The notes under the pieces were generated by a model, which searched no databases, was not told the origin of the DNA, and saw nothing but the letters and a program-made list of their open reading frames with translations. The position numbers were made by a program, and so were the translations under genes. A stretch of DNA of 64,000 bases. Origin: a virus. Location: positions 1 to 64,000 of IMG/VR virus record IMGVR_UViG_3300025853_000041; one strand, written 5' to 3'. Shown piece after piece: positions 17,724-25,490 of this stretch (its first letter is position 1; the number at the start of each line of letters is the position of its first letter).

Positions 17724-18008
17724 TTAGGCTTTCTTCGGGTATAGGTATGTCAGTGTTGCAACCTGTTCTGCACCTTGGTCATCAGTGAATGGATATTCCC
17801 TTTTGATTTGGTCAAACTGACTAAGGTCAACTTCTGCTGACAAGCCTTTTGCATTCTCTTGGTCAGTGAACATGTAGAAGGTTCTGCGTCCACCTTCAGT
17901 AGTACCAAAGGCTGTTGTTACAGAGTTACCTTTGCCGATTAACTTGTTCATAAAGTTGTCGTTAACTGTTTTCACTGATTTGTCGATAGTAAGAGTGATT
18001 TTGCTCAT
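17724..18008 (-). CDS. small beta-rich early protein, paralog 2
   Basis: Shares the block EGGRRTFYMFTDQENAKG with paralog 1. Confidence 0.85.
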   Translation of the reverse strand: MSKITLTIDKSVKTVNDNFMNKLIGKGNSVTTAFGTTEGGRRTFYMFTDQENAKGLSAEVDLSQFDQIKREYPFTDDQGAEQVATLTYLYPKKA

Positions 18009-18054
18009 AATGTAATGTATTAATGTTTAAGGACTATCATTAGGTCAAGTCCAG

Positions 18055-18088
18055 GAATTAGTTAGGGTATTGAGTTAAGCTTGTTCAC
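18055..18088 (-). promoter_or_regulatory. repeated upstream motif, candidate phage early promoter (copy 2)
   Basis: Minus strand GTGAAC...ACTCAATACCCTAACTAATTC. Confidence 0.5.
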
Positions 18089-18134
18089 AAGAGTTATCCC
18101 TTGGCGTTATACCAAGGGATTTCTCCTGTTTGTT

Positions 18135-18269
18135 TCAGTTTGGAAACATGTAGCTCTTTGGCTTGTCTGTTAGTCCAAAGGTTAGCATCACAGCCTGCTC
18201 CTTGTTGTTCATGTCAAGGATTGCTTGGCACTGTGCCTGTCTGTCAAGAGAGATAGTTCTTAGTCTCAT
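18135..18269 (-). CDS. small hypothetical protein (44 aa, not in track), first gene of the minus arm
   Basis: Manual translation MRLRTISLDRQAQCQAILDMNNKEQ...YMFPN*; followed by the ATCCCTTGG/CCAAGGGAT hairpin. Confidence 0.55.
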   Translation of the reverse strand: MRLRTISLDRQAQCQAILDMNNKEQAVMLTFGLTDKPKSYMFPN

Positions 18270-18343
18270 GGTAGATAGTATGTATTAATTATGCTCCCCA
18301 GAAATGATTTCGGTTTGAATTTGGACAGGGGGGAGTTTCTCTG

Positions 18344-18380
18344 CCAGAAATTAGTGGGGGTTTTACTCAAGGTGGTTCAC
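18344..18380 (-). promoter_or_regulatory. variant of the upstream motif (copy 3)
   Basis: Minus strand GTGAAC...AACCCCCACTAATTTCTGG. Confidence 0.4.
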
Positions 18381-18732
18381 ATTCTCACAAATCATCAAAA
18401 AATTTCCTACCTAAAAAAATTTTTCCCAAAAAATTATAGCCTAACCTAACCTAACTTAACCAAAGACCAGTAGGAAGATGTATAGCCACATACCTATAAA
18501 GTAGATAAAAGAACATATAGCTAACAGTCTTGGCATGTACATATAGTGTATGGGTACTGTTGCACCTAATAGATACATGATTGTGCCTAAGATTTTAACT
18601 AAGATTTTGGACATAGCACCAAATATACATATATGTATTAATAAAACCTGAAAAAAGTACACATATGTATAAAAAATCAGTCATTACTATACATATTTAT
18701 ACCCTAATGCATTATATATCATACATTTTCAC

Positions 18733-18740
18733 TATCTTTG
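18733..18740 (+). promoter_or_regulatory. Bacteroidetes sigmaA -7 element
   Basis: TATCTTTG (consensus TAnnTTTG) upstream of the first plus-strand gene. Confidence 0.55.
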
Positions 18741-18764
18741 TGGCTTAAACAATAAAGAAAAACT

Positions 18765-18983
18765 ATGGATTTAACTAAAAAAAGAATTTCTCCCTTTTGG
18801 AATGCAGTGATAGGGTCTGTGATTATGGTGACCTCAGCATTACTTTTAGCAGAGTCATCAGTTATTAATACTGTGATTGTTTTTGAAGGTGTGCTTTTTG
18901 GTATTAAGATAGGAGATGACTTAATGAAGTCCTATACTATACAGAAGAAAGAGGATGTTAAAGAGAAAAAATTGGGTTACTAG
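18765..18983 (+). CDS. small membrane protein
   Basis: 72 aa with two hydrophobic segments and a basic tail. Confidence 0.6.
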   Translation: MDLTKKRISPFWNAVIGSVIMVTSALLLAESSVINTVIVFEGVLFGIKIGDDLMKSYTIQKKEDVKEKKLGY

Positions 18984-19100
18984 TACTTGACAAAGAAAGA
19001 AAAGAACCAAAAGAAAGAAACTTGTGTATAGCTTTCCTATTATTATAAGTTTAGAAGTTTGTAGCAAGTCTTTCTGAAGTGTCTCGAAAGAAACTTGAGG

Positions 19101-19131
19101 CAAAGTTATAAGAAATTTTTCACATGTGCAA
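19101..19131 (-). promoter_or_regulatory. leftward Bacteroidetes sigmaA promoter
   Basis: Minus strand TTG-N20-TAACTTTG. Confidence 0.6.
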
Positions 19132-19199
19132 GTATCTGGCTATATTATTTTTTTATAGGTTTATACAAATACTATAAAGAAAATCTATAACCTTTTTAA

Positions 19200-19230
19200 T
19201 TGCATGTTATTCAACGATTAACTATATTTG
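19200..19230 (+). promoter_or_regulatory. Bacteroidetes sigmaA promoter
   Basis: TTG-N20-TATATTTG, ending 4 nt before the ATG at 19235. Confidence 0.7.
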
Positions 19231-19234
19231 CAAA

Positions 19235-20311
19235 ATGGCAGGACCTAGACCAACAAAGAAATACTATCCGAGGAGAAATAAAACCAAGGAACATTTTCAA
19301 CAGACAGATACTAATACAATAGATATCGAGATTCTTAAGAATGCTCCACCAGTAGAAGCAGGAGGAGGAAGTTTTAACTCACCTACAACAACTAAAGGAG
19401 ACCTTATTGTAAGAGATGCTACCCAGGATGTTAGATTTCCTGTTGGTGCAGATGGAGCTGTATTGATTTCTGATTCTGCTGAACCTGAAGGATTGAGATG
19501 GGAGACAGGACTAGTACCTGATTATATAGAATTAGTACTTGGAGTTACTCAAAATGTTGGAGGAGTAAATGGTACACAACATCAGTTTACTTGGACAACT
19601 CAAAATCATATTGATACAGCAACTTTTAGTCACGATACTGTGACAAACAATCACCAAATAACTATAAATAAAACTGGTTGGTACACTATTCATCATAATT
19701 TCTTTGCTACACAAACAGGAGCTAACAGAACAGTACAGATGGGTAGATTATGGATAGATACTGTTTTAGACTTTAAATTTTTACCTACTACATATGGGCG
19801 TGGTGTAACTTTTGGTTTATATATTGGATATCAAGCTACATACAGAAAATTTCTTAATGCTGGAGAAGTTGTAGAAATAGGAGTTCAGGTTGCTGACCCA
19901 GATGCTACTTATGTAACTAATGCTAGTCCTAGTGCAACTTATGTACAAATTGTAGCTGACCCAGCTTCTTTAGCAGGACCTCAAGGTCTTCAAGGAGTTC
20001 CTGGTGCTGCTGGTGGAACTCCTGTTAGTGTTGCTGATACAGGTACAATTATAGATGTTGATGAATTATATGGAAGCATTTGTAATGCTGCCTCACCTAA
20101 TACAAATACTATCTTCACTTTGGGGACCACAGCAGACAATGGGTTTGCTAGAGTATTTATTGATACAACAGGAGTAGTAATATTTCCTTCTGTAACAGGT
20201 GCTACTCTAATATCAGGGCATGCTTTTGAGGCTGATTACATATATGAAATGTTTTTAGAGCATATTGGAACTACTACCTATTATAGTTTCGTTAAAAGAA
20301 ATCCTGCATAA
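19235..20311 (+). CDS. fibre/adhesin protein (C1q/TNF-like domain, short collagen repeat)
   Basis: TTTKGDLIV fibre motif; ITINKTGWYTIH...FLNAGEVVEI C1q-like pattern; GPQGLQGVPG. Confidence 0.65.
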   Translation: MAGPRPTKKYYPRRNKTKEHFQQTDTNTIDIEILKNAPPVEAGGGSFNSPTTTKGDLIVRDATQDVRFPVGADGAVLISDSAEPEGLRWETGLVPDYIELVLGVTQNVGGVNGTQHQFTWTTQNHIDTATFSHDTVTNNHQITINKTGWYTIHHNFFATQTGANRTVQMGRLWIDTVLDFKFLPTTYGRGVTFGLYIGYQATYRKFLNAGEVVEIGVQVADPDATYVTNASPSATYVQIVADPASLAGPQGLQGVPGAAGGTPVSVADTGTIIDVDELYGSICNAASPNTNTIFTLGTTADNGFARVFIDTTGVVIFPSVTGATLISGHAFEADYIYEMFLEHIGTTTYYSFVKRNPA

Positions 20312-22608
20312 TGCAAAAACATATTGAACATAGACGAAGAGTAGAACTTCCTGTAATAGAACCTCACTACTTAGATTTTGGAACTTGGGAATATTGGTAT
20401 TCATGGAATAGATGCCCAATTGTTTCAAAAGAAGACACAAACATGGCAATTATTTGGAAAACAGACTTAGATAATGCTAGTAGAAGAAGTTTGTGGTTTC
20501 AAGAAGGAGAATTTGCTGAAGTCACTGGTGCCTCTTTGATAGGAAGCTTTGATACTTATATCTTAGATGGTACTACTTTCTCAGATTGGTTAACTACATA
20601 TTCTATTGGTACAGGTAAAGTATATCAACATGAAATATTTGACCAAATTAATCAAAAGAAACTTTTAACTGCTAATGGTCTAGCAATGTGTGAGATGTGG
20701 GAGAATGGTACTCCTACATATGACCCCAATGGAAATCCATCTACTCTACAAACTGATTGGAGTGGTCTAAGAGCTATGCAAGGAGATATTAATCCTGATT
20801 ACACTAGAACAGGAGATTATACACTAATTGTTATAGCAAATAATAATAATGCAAGCACAACAGGCATAATATATGGGCAAGGGGATGGAACTACAAGCAG
20901 ACTTGGTTTAGAGGTGTACATAGATAGAGCAAGTACTAAAAAACTTATAGATTTCAGTAACTTTGGGAGGGCAGCAACTGAAAGTCTTTATTTACCAGAG
21001 ATTATAGATGAAGATGATGTTAGACATATTATTGTTAAGGTCTCTGGCAATGCAGTGAATGTGTACTTAAATTCTGTTATAGTGGGTAGAACAAATATCG
21101 CTGGATACAGAGATTGGTTAGTTTCGCAAGGAGCAGGAGTAAGTTTATTTTCAGATAGAGGAGAAACAGTTAAACTTTATGGTAATCTTGCAAGCTTAAG
21201 ATTATTAGATACTGCAATACCTGACGAAGATATTCCCACTTTATATGAATTAGATAAAAGACTGTGGAGTCTAAATCCTACTCCTACACAATATTATAAC
21301 TTTTTTGTTGGAGGAGCTGGAGCTTCCTATATACCTACTGCAACTAGTCTGGCTTCTCTTATTGACATTGGGACTGCAGATATACATAGATATGAAGTTG
21401 ATGGGAGTAATAATGTACAATGTTATATTACAAGTACTTTTGACTTTAGTGTTACAGATGCTATGTCTGATAGTAGTATAACATATTTGATTGATGCAGA
21501 TGGACTTTCTCTTACTGGAGATATTGTTTCAGGAGCAGCAAATATAGAATATCTGTATGTACCGAATTTATATAACTATGCACAAATAGCTATTCAAAGT
21601 TCTAATAAACTAAAAAGATTAGTTTCAGGGGTAACAGTGGCTAATGACAGGAGATTAATATCTGTACTACCAGCTCTTCAATCTTTTGATTGCCCAAGTT
21701 TAACATCAATAACTACTGGGACTAATGGAACGATATTCGAGAATTTAACAGGACTATTAAGATTAAAAATAATTAACCTAACTAGTATTAGTTATGGGTG
21801 TGAAATCTCTTCAATGTATTTAAGTGCTAGGGGATATATATTTTCAAGTGTAAAGTCTGGAGCAAAAATATACTATAATTCAGTTTTAGGTGTTACAGAT
21901 AGAAATGCTTTTGTAAGAACTACTAGTGGTTGGGCAGTAGGAGATACTGTGGAATTCAATGGTCTAGTATATACCTGTGTAGCTGGAGCTCCAACTACTG
22001 ATGGAGAATTTCAAGGAGATGGATTACACCCTAATACTGTTCATACTAACCTTAAAAATGCAGTAAATACTGACACAAGACCTGGAGCTTCAGATATGAC
22101 TATGGTTAATGATAATGCTTTGGGAGCTGTGAGAGCAAATGTTACTGGAGTTGCAGGAAACGCTTTTACTGCTTCAGTAGGAGGAAGTAACACAGGGTCA
22201 GGTTCAGTCTCTTGGGCTACTTTTCAACATGGAGTTGATGTGCATGCATCTTTAGTTGTGGCAAGAGATTTACGTGGAGCTAATTTAATTGAGGTTGGAG
22301 CACCTATAACAGTTGACCCACCAACAGTTCCTGGATATAGTAATGTAACAGCTACATCCTTTGATATATCTTTTACTCCACCTACACCTAATGCTAATGG
22401 TACTGAGGCTTACGAGGTTTGGATTGACGATGGCACACCATATAGAAAACATTTTTATTATAGGGAGATAACAGCGACTGGCACGACGATTGACCTTACA
22501 GAAGTTGTTAACGATGGTGGGACAGTGATAGGTACTACCTTTAAAATAAGGACTATGGATGGAGATATGAATTTTAGTGATTTTACAACAGAAATAACAA
22601 TAACATAA
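20311..22608 (+). CDS. adhesin/structural protein (LamG-like, LRR-like and FN3-like segments)
   Basis: RHIIVKVSGNAVNVYLNSV...LYGNLASLRL LamG-like pattern; LPALQSFDCPSLTSI repeats; SNVTATSFDISFT...YEVWI FN3-like C-terminus. Confidence 0.6.
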   Translation: MQKHIEHRRRVELPVIEPHYLDFGTWEYWYSWNRCPIVSKEDTNMAIIWKTDLDNASRRSLWFQEGEFAEVTGASLIGSFDTYILDGTTFSDWLTTYSIGTGKVYQHEIFDQINQKKLLTANGLAMCEMWENGTPTYDPNGNPSTLQTDWSGLRAMQGDINPDYTRTGDYTLIVIANNNNASTTGIIYGQGDGTTSRLGLEVYIDRASTKKLIDFSNFGRAATESLYLPEIIDEDDVRHIIVKVSGNAVNVYLNSVIVGRTNIAGYRDWLVSQGAGVSLFSDRGETVKLYGNLASLRLLDTAIPDEDIPTLYELDKRLWSLNPTPTQYYNFFVGGAGASYIPTATSLASLIDIGTADIHRYEVDGSNNVQCYITSTFDFSVTDAMSDSSITYLIDADGLSLTGDIVSGAANIEYLYVPNLYNYAQIAIQSSNKLKRLVSGVTVANDRRLISVLPALQSFDCPSLTSITTGTNGTIFENLTGLLRLKIINLTSISYGCEISSMYLSARGYIFSSVKSGAKIYYNSVLGVTDRNAFVRTTSGWAVGDTVEFNGLVYTCVAGAPTTDGEFQGDGLHPNTVHTNLKNAVNTDTRPGASDMTMVNDNALGAVRANVTGVAGNAFTASVGGSNTGSGSVSWATFQHGVDVHASLVVARDLRGANLIEVGAPITVDPPTVPGYSNVTATSFDISFTPPTPNANGTEAYEVWIDDGTPYRKHFYYREITATGTTIDLTEVVNDGGTVIGTTFKIRTMDGDMNFSDFTTEITIT

Positions 22609-22886
22609 TGAGAATAGAATTAGTAGTGCTACCAATAGTACAAGGAATACATATAGTTGATGCTCCAGAAGGGGTAAAAGCAATGAATATAAATGTAGTA
22701 GGGCAAGACCTATCATTATTTTATATGCTAGAAAACACTTATAATATGGTACCTCAAACTTTTTTAGTTATAGTGAACACAGGAGAGGTTATTCTACCTC
22801 CTAATACAAGTGTAGGATATATAGGTAGTGTTGAAAAAGGTAACAATTTCTACCATGTATTTGAATACATTGAAACAGCCCCATAA
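22608..22886 (+). CDS. hypothetical protein
   Basis: 92-aa ORF; start overlaps the upstream stop. Confidence 0.7.
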   Translation: MRIELVVLPIVQGIHIVDAPEGVKAMNINVVGQDLSLFYMLENTYNMVPQTFLVIVNTGEVILPPNTSVGYIGSVEKGNNFYHVFEYIETAP

Positions 22887-22904
22887 AATTTATTCATAAA
22901 AAGC

Positions 22905-22934
22905 TTGTATATATTAATATTTTTATTAATTTTG
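22905..22934 (+). promoter_or_regulatory. Bacteroidetes sigmaA promoter
   Basis: TTG-N19-TAATTTTG upstream of 22958. Confidence 0.65.
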
Positions 22935-22957
22935 CTTCAGAATTAAATTAAAAGCAA

Positions 22958-23329
22958 ATGCAAGTAATATCAAACATACAAAAAGTCAGTAAGTACGACT
23001 ACTATGTTAAGCATTTAGAGATGATAAACATTCTTTTACCTGAGAAAGATTTCCCAGAGAAGATGTCTATTAAAGAGATTGAAGTTTTGGCTGCATTCTT
23101 ATCTCAAGATAAAAGTCTTATAGAAGAGGACATGTTTAATGGAGTCGTAAGGAAAAAGGTTATGGCAAAGCTGAATCTTAAACCTGGTGGTCTCGGAAAC
23201 CACCTAAAAAAATTAATAGAAAAGAGATATTTATCGAAGAATGATATCACAAAGAAAATAGTGATGAAATCATTTTTAATACCTATTGATAATCATCAAG
23301 GGTACAGAATTAAATTAGTAAAAATATGA
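22958..23329 (+). CDS. winged-helix DNA-binding protein
   Basis: MSIKEIEVL...VMAKLNLKPGGLGNHLKKLIEKRYL wHTH pattern. Confidence 0.6.
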   Translation: MQVISNIQKVSKYDYYVKHLEMINILLPEKDFPEKMSIKEIEVLAAFLSQDKSLIEEDMFNGVVRKKVMAKLNLKPGGLGNHLKKLIEKRYLSKNDITKKIVMKSFLIPIDNHQGYRIKLVKI

Positions 23330-23562
23330 GTAAACAAATATTAGTATATGATATTAACAGTGTACCAAGCAATGCAGGACTGGATATGGATAGGATTATG
23401 TATCTATATAATGAACACCAGCTTGTAATATATAGTAGTAGAGATGAGAATGGAGAGAAAACAGATAAGCCTCAAGTACTTAATGTTCCTGAAGGTACAG
23501 AAATGAAATTTATAGATTCTATAACAGATGCAGAAGGCACTCGCCTTTGCCAAAAACTTTAA
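23326..23562 (+). CDS. hypothetical protein
   Basis: 78-aa ORF in the operon. Confidence 0.65.
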   Translation: MSKQILVYDINSVPSNAGLDMDRIMYLYNEHQLVIYSSRDENGEKTDKPQVLNVPEGTEMKFIDSITDAEGTRLCQKL

Positions 23563-23806
23563 AAAAATGAATTATATATTAGCAGTAGAAGGAAGTCAAG
23601 CTTATAATATCGAAACAAAACAATCTGAATACACTATGAAAATAGTAGTATCAGAGGATGTTTATAATTGGTTATGTTCTCATGATATGGAATATACAGA
23701 TTCTAGGCAAAGAATTTTTATTTGTAATAATTTAAGGTATGTAGATATAGGTCCTGAAATGAAGGATACAGTTATGCCTTTAGAAGACAAAGGATATGAG
23801 TGTTGA
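23528..23806 (+). CDS. hypothetical protein (true start may be the internal Met near 23567)
   Basis: 92-aa ORF in the operon. Confidence 0.6.
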   Translation: MQKALAFAKNFKKMNYILAVEGSQAYNIETKQSEYTMKIVVSEDVYNWLCSHDMEYTDSRQRIFICNNLRYVDIGPEMKDTVMPLEDKGYEC

Positions 23807-24119
23807 TAGATTAAGAAACGAAGAACTTTTACATGAGTTTTATGCAAAGTATGGAGACAATTATCCAGACTTAAACTTAGAACAATTTAAAGAAATAGTT
23901 TTTACACCTTGGATTTTTTTAAGACAAGAAGTTGAGTCAGGAGAATTAGAAACAGTTAGACTAAAATATTTTGGTACTTTTCAAGTGTACCCTGGGAGGG
24001 CAAAAAGAATGCTGACCAACATTAAAGAAAGATTCAAGTACAACAAAATTGAACCCAAGCAATTTTTTAAATTAAAAGATATGCTTGAAAAATTTATTAA
24101 GAAAAATGGGATTACTTAA
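23796..24119 (+). CDS. HU/IHF-like DNA-binding protein
   Basis: Helices followed by ETVRLKYFGTFQV, resembling the HU/IHF V.L.GFG.F strand motif. Confidence 0.55.
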   Translation: MSVDRLRNEELLHEFYAKYGDNYPDLNLEQFKEIVFTPWIFLRQEVESGELETVRLKYFGTFQVYPGRAKRMLTNIKERFKYNKIEPKQFFKLKDMLEKFIKKNGIT

Positions 24120-24309
24120 AAATTTATATGATGGTTATGGAAACCTAATAAAAGGAGTAGAAACACCTTTTGAAAAGAAGAGAGTGAAGATATGCAAAGC
24201 ATGCCCTCACTTTATACAAAATACAAATTTTTGGTGTAGCTTATGCCCTTGTCACATGAAGGCAAAAGTCAAAGCAGAGAGTGCAAAATGCAAGATAAAT
24301 AAATGGTAA
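24085..24309 (+). CDS. small Cys-rich zinc-finger protein
   Basis: RVKICKACP...CSLCPC.MKAK...CKINKW. Confidence 0.7.
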   Translation: MKNLLRKMGLLKNLYDGYGNLIKGVETPFEKKRVKICKACPHFIQNTNFWCSLCPCHMKAKVKAESAKCKINKW

Positions 24310-24331
24310 TATGTATATAAAAAAGTAAAAA

Positions 24332-24913
24332 ATGACAAAAGTAAAAAATTATACAGATGAAGAATTATTAGAAAGAGTAAGTTCATTAAAATCTTTTAAG
24401 GGCTTTCCTCCAAATTATTGGATACTTGGTGTACAATCTCAAGAGGATGTATATGACCAATTTGATGATAAGTTTTATCTTTTTAAAGGTAAGAAATTTA
24501 TAATGGTTGTTTCAGGAACAACTAATGCTGGAACTACTGGTTTAAAGAACTATGAAAAATATAGTAAAGATGGAGTATTAGTTGTTAAGACAGATGAGTG
24601 GTATCATGGATTATGGAAGTTTGGACACCACAGAGGTAAGATGCCTGCACTAAAACAAATTCGTCCTATCAAATATTTCAGAGATTGGAATAAGAATGCT
24701 AAAGTAGAGCAGATGGGAGAAATGAGAGAAGGTATTAGAGGTGTTAATTTCCACACAGTTACCTATACAAAGAACCTATCACTAATTAGAAAATTCATTG
24801 GTGGTTGGAGTGTTGGATGTCAGGTGATAAATAATGTAGGGAGATATTATGAGATTTTAGACTTAGTAAAGAACCAAAGTTATGTAAGTTATTGCTTAAT
24901 AAAAGAATTCTAA
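24332..24913 (+). CDS. putative endolysin, L,D-transpeptidase (YkuD)-fold peptidase
   Basis: GVNFH...WSVGCQV catalytic His/Cys motif; no signal peptide. Confidence 0.65.
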   Translation: MTKVKNYTDEELLERVSSLKSFKGFPPNYWILGVQSQEDVYDQFDDKFYLFKGKKFIMVVSGTTNAGTTGLKNYEKYSKDGVLVVKTDEWYHGLWKFGHHRGKMPALKQIRPIKYFRDWNKNAKVEQMGEMREGIRGVNFHTVTYTKNLSLIRKFIGGWSVGCQVINNVGRYYEILDLVKNQSYVSYCLIKEF

Positions 24914-25489
24914 ATGGCGTTCCTATTCACAGTTACAGAGAAAACAGTGTACCCAAACACTGAAACACTATTAGTTAATCCTTTTAAGGAGATATGGGAA
25001 AGAGATAAGTCTAAGCAGAAGTATCATGCTTTAGAGGAGTTTGCATATATTGAATTTATGAGTTCGATGAAAAAAAGCAACCCTTATAGACAGTATCCTG
25101 AAAATCAAAAAGAAGAAAAAGTTGTTAAAGATGTGATTACAGACAGAGAGAATTGGAAACCTGATGAATTGATTAAACAGGCAATTCACAAACTTATAAA
25201 ATTTCAGTCTGAAGCATCTACAACCTATAACTATTATATGGCTGCAAAAAGGGCTGCTGAGAAGATGCAAGAATTTTTTAATGAAGTAGATATAACAGCA
25301 GTGAATCCAAAAACCTTCAATCCTGTTTATAAGCCTAGAGACATTACCAGTGCTCTAAATGATACTGAAAAAGTCTTAGGAAACTTGAAGACTTTAGAGA
25401 AAAAAGTGGAAGAGGAACTTTATGAAGAAACAAAAAACAGAAGTAATAAAGAAATTTCTTTCTTTGCTGACCCAGAAAGTTTAAGATAA
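24914..25489 (+). CDS. conserved helical protein upstream of terminase (possible small subunit)
   Basis: 191-aa helical ORF immediately 5' of TerL, matching crAss-like gene order. Confidence 0.55.
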   Translation: MAFLFTVTEKTVYPNTETLLVNPFKEIWERDKSKQKYHALEEFAYIEFMSSMKKSNPYRQYPENQKEEKVVKDVITDRENWKPDELIKQAIHKLIKFQSEASTTYNYYMAAKRAAEKMQEFFNEVDITAVNPKTFNPVYKPRDITSALNDTEKVLGNLKTLEKKVEEELYEETKNRSNKEISFFADPESLR

Positions 25490-25490
25490 T

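Noticed and set aside
18456-18662. 68-aa hydrophobic ORF
   Set aside because: Arises from low-complexity AT/AC-rich repeats at the strand switch; probably non-coding.
18921-19103. 60-aa minus-strand ORF
   Set aside because: Its TTG start is part of the promoter -7 box and it overlaps a plus-strand gene.
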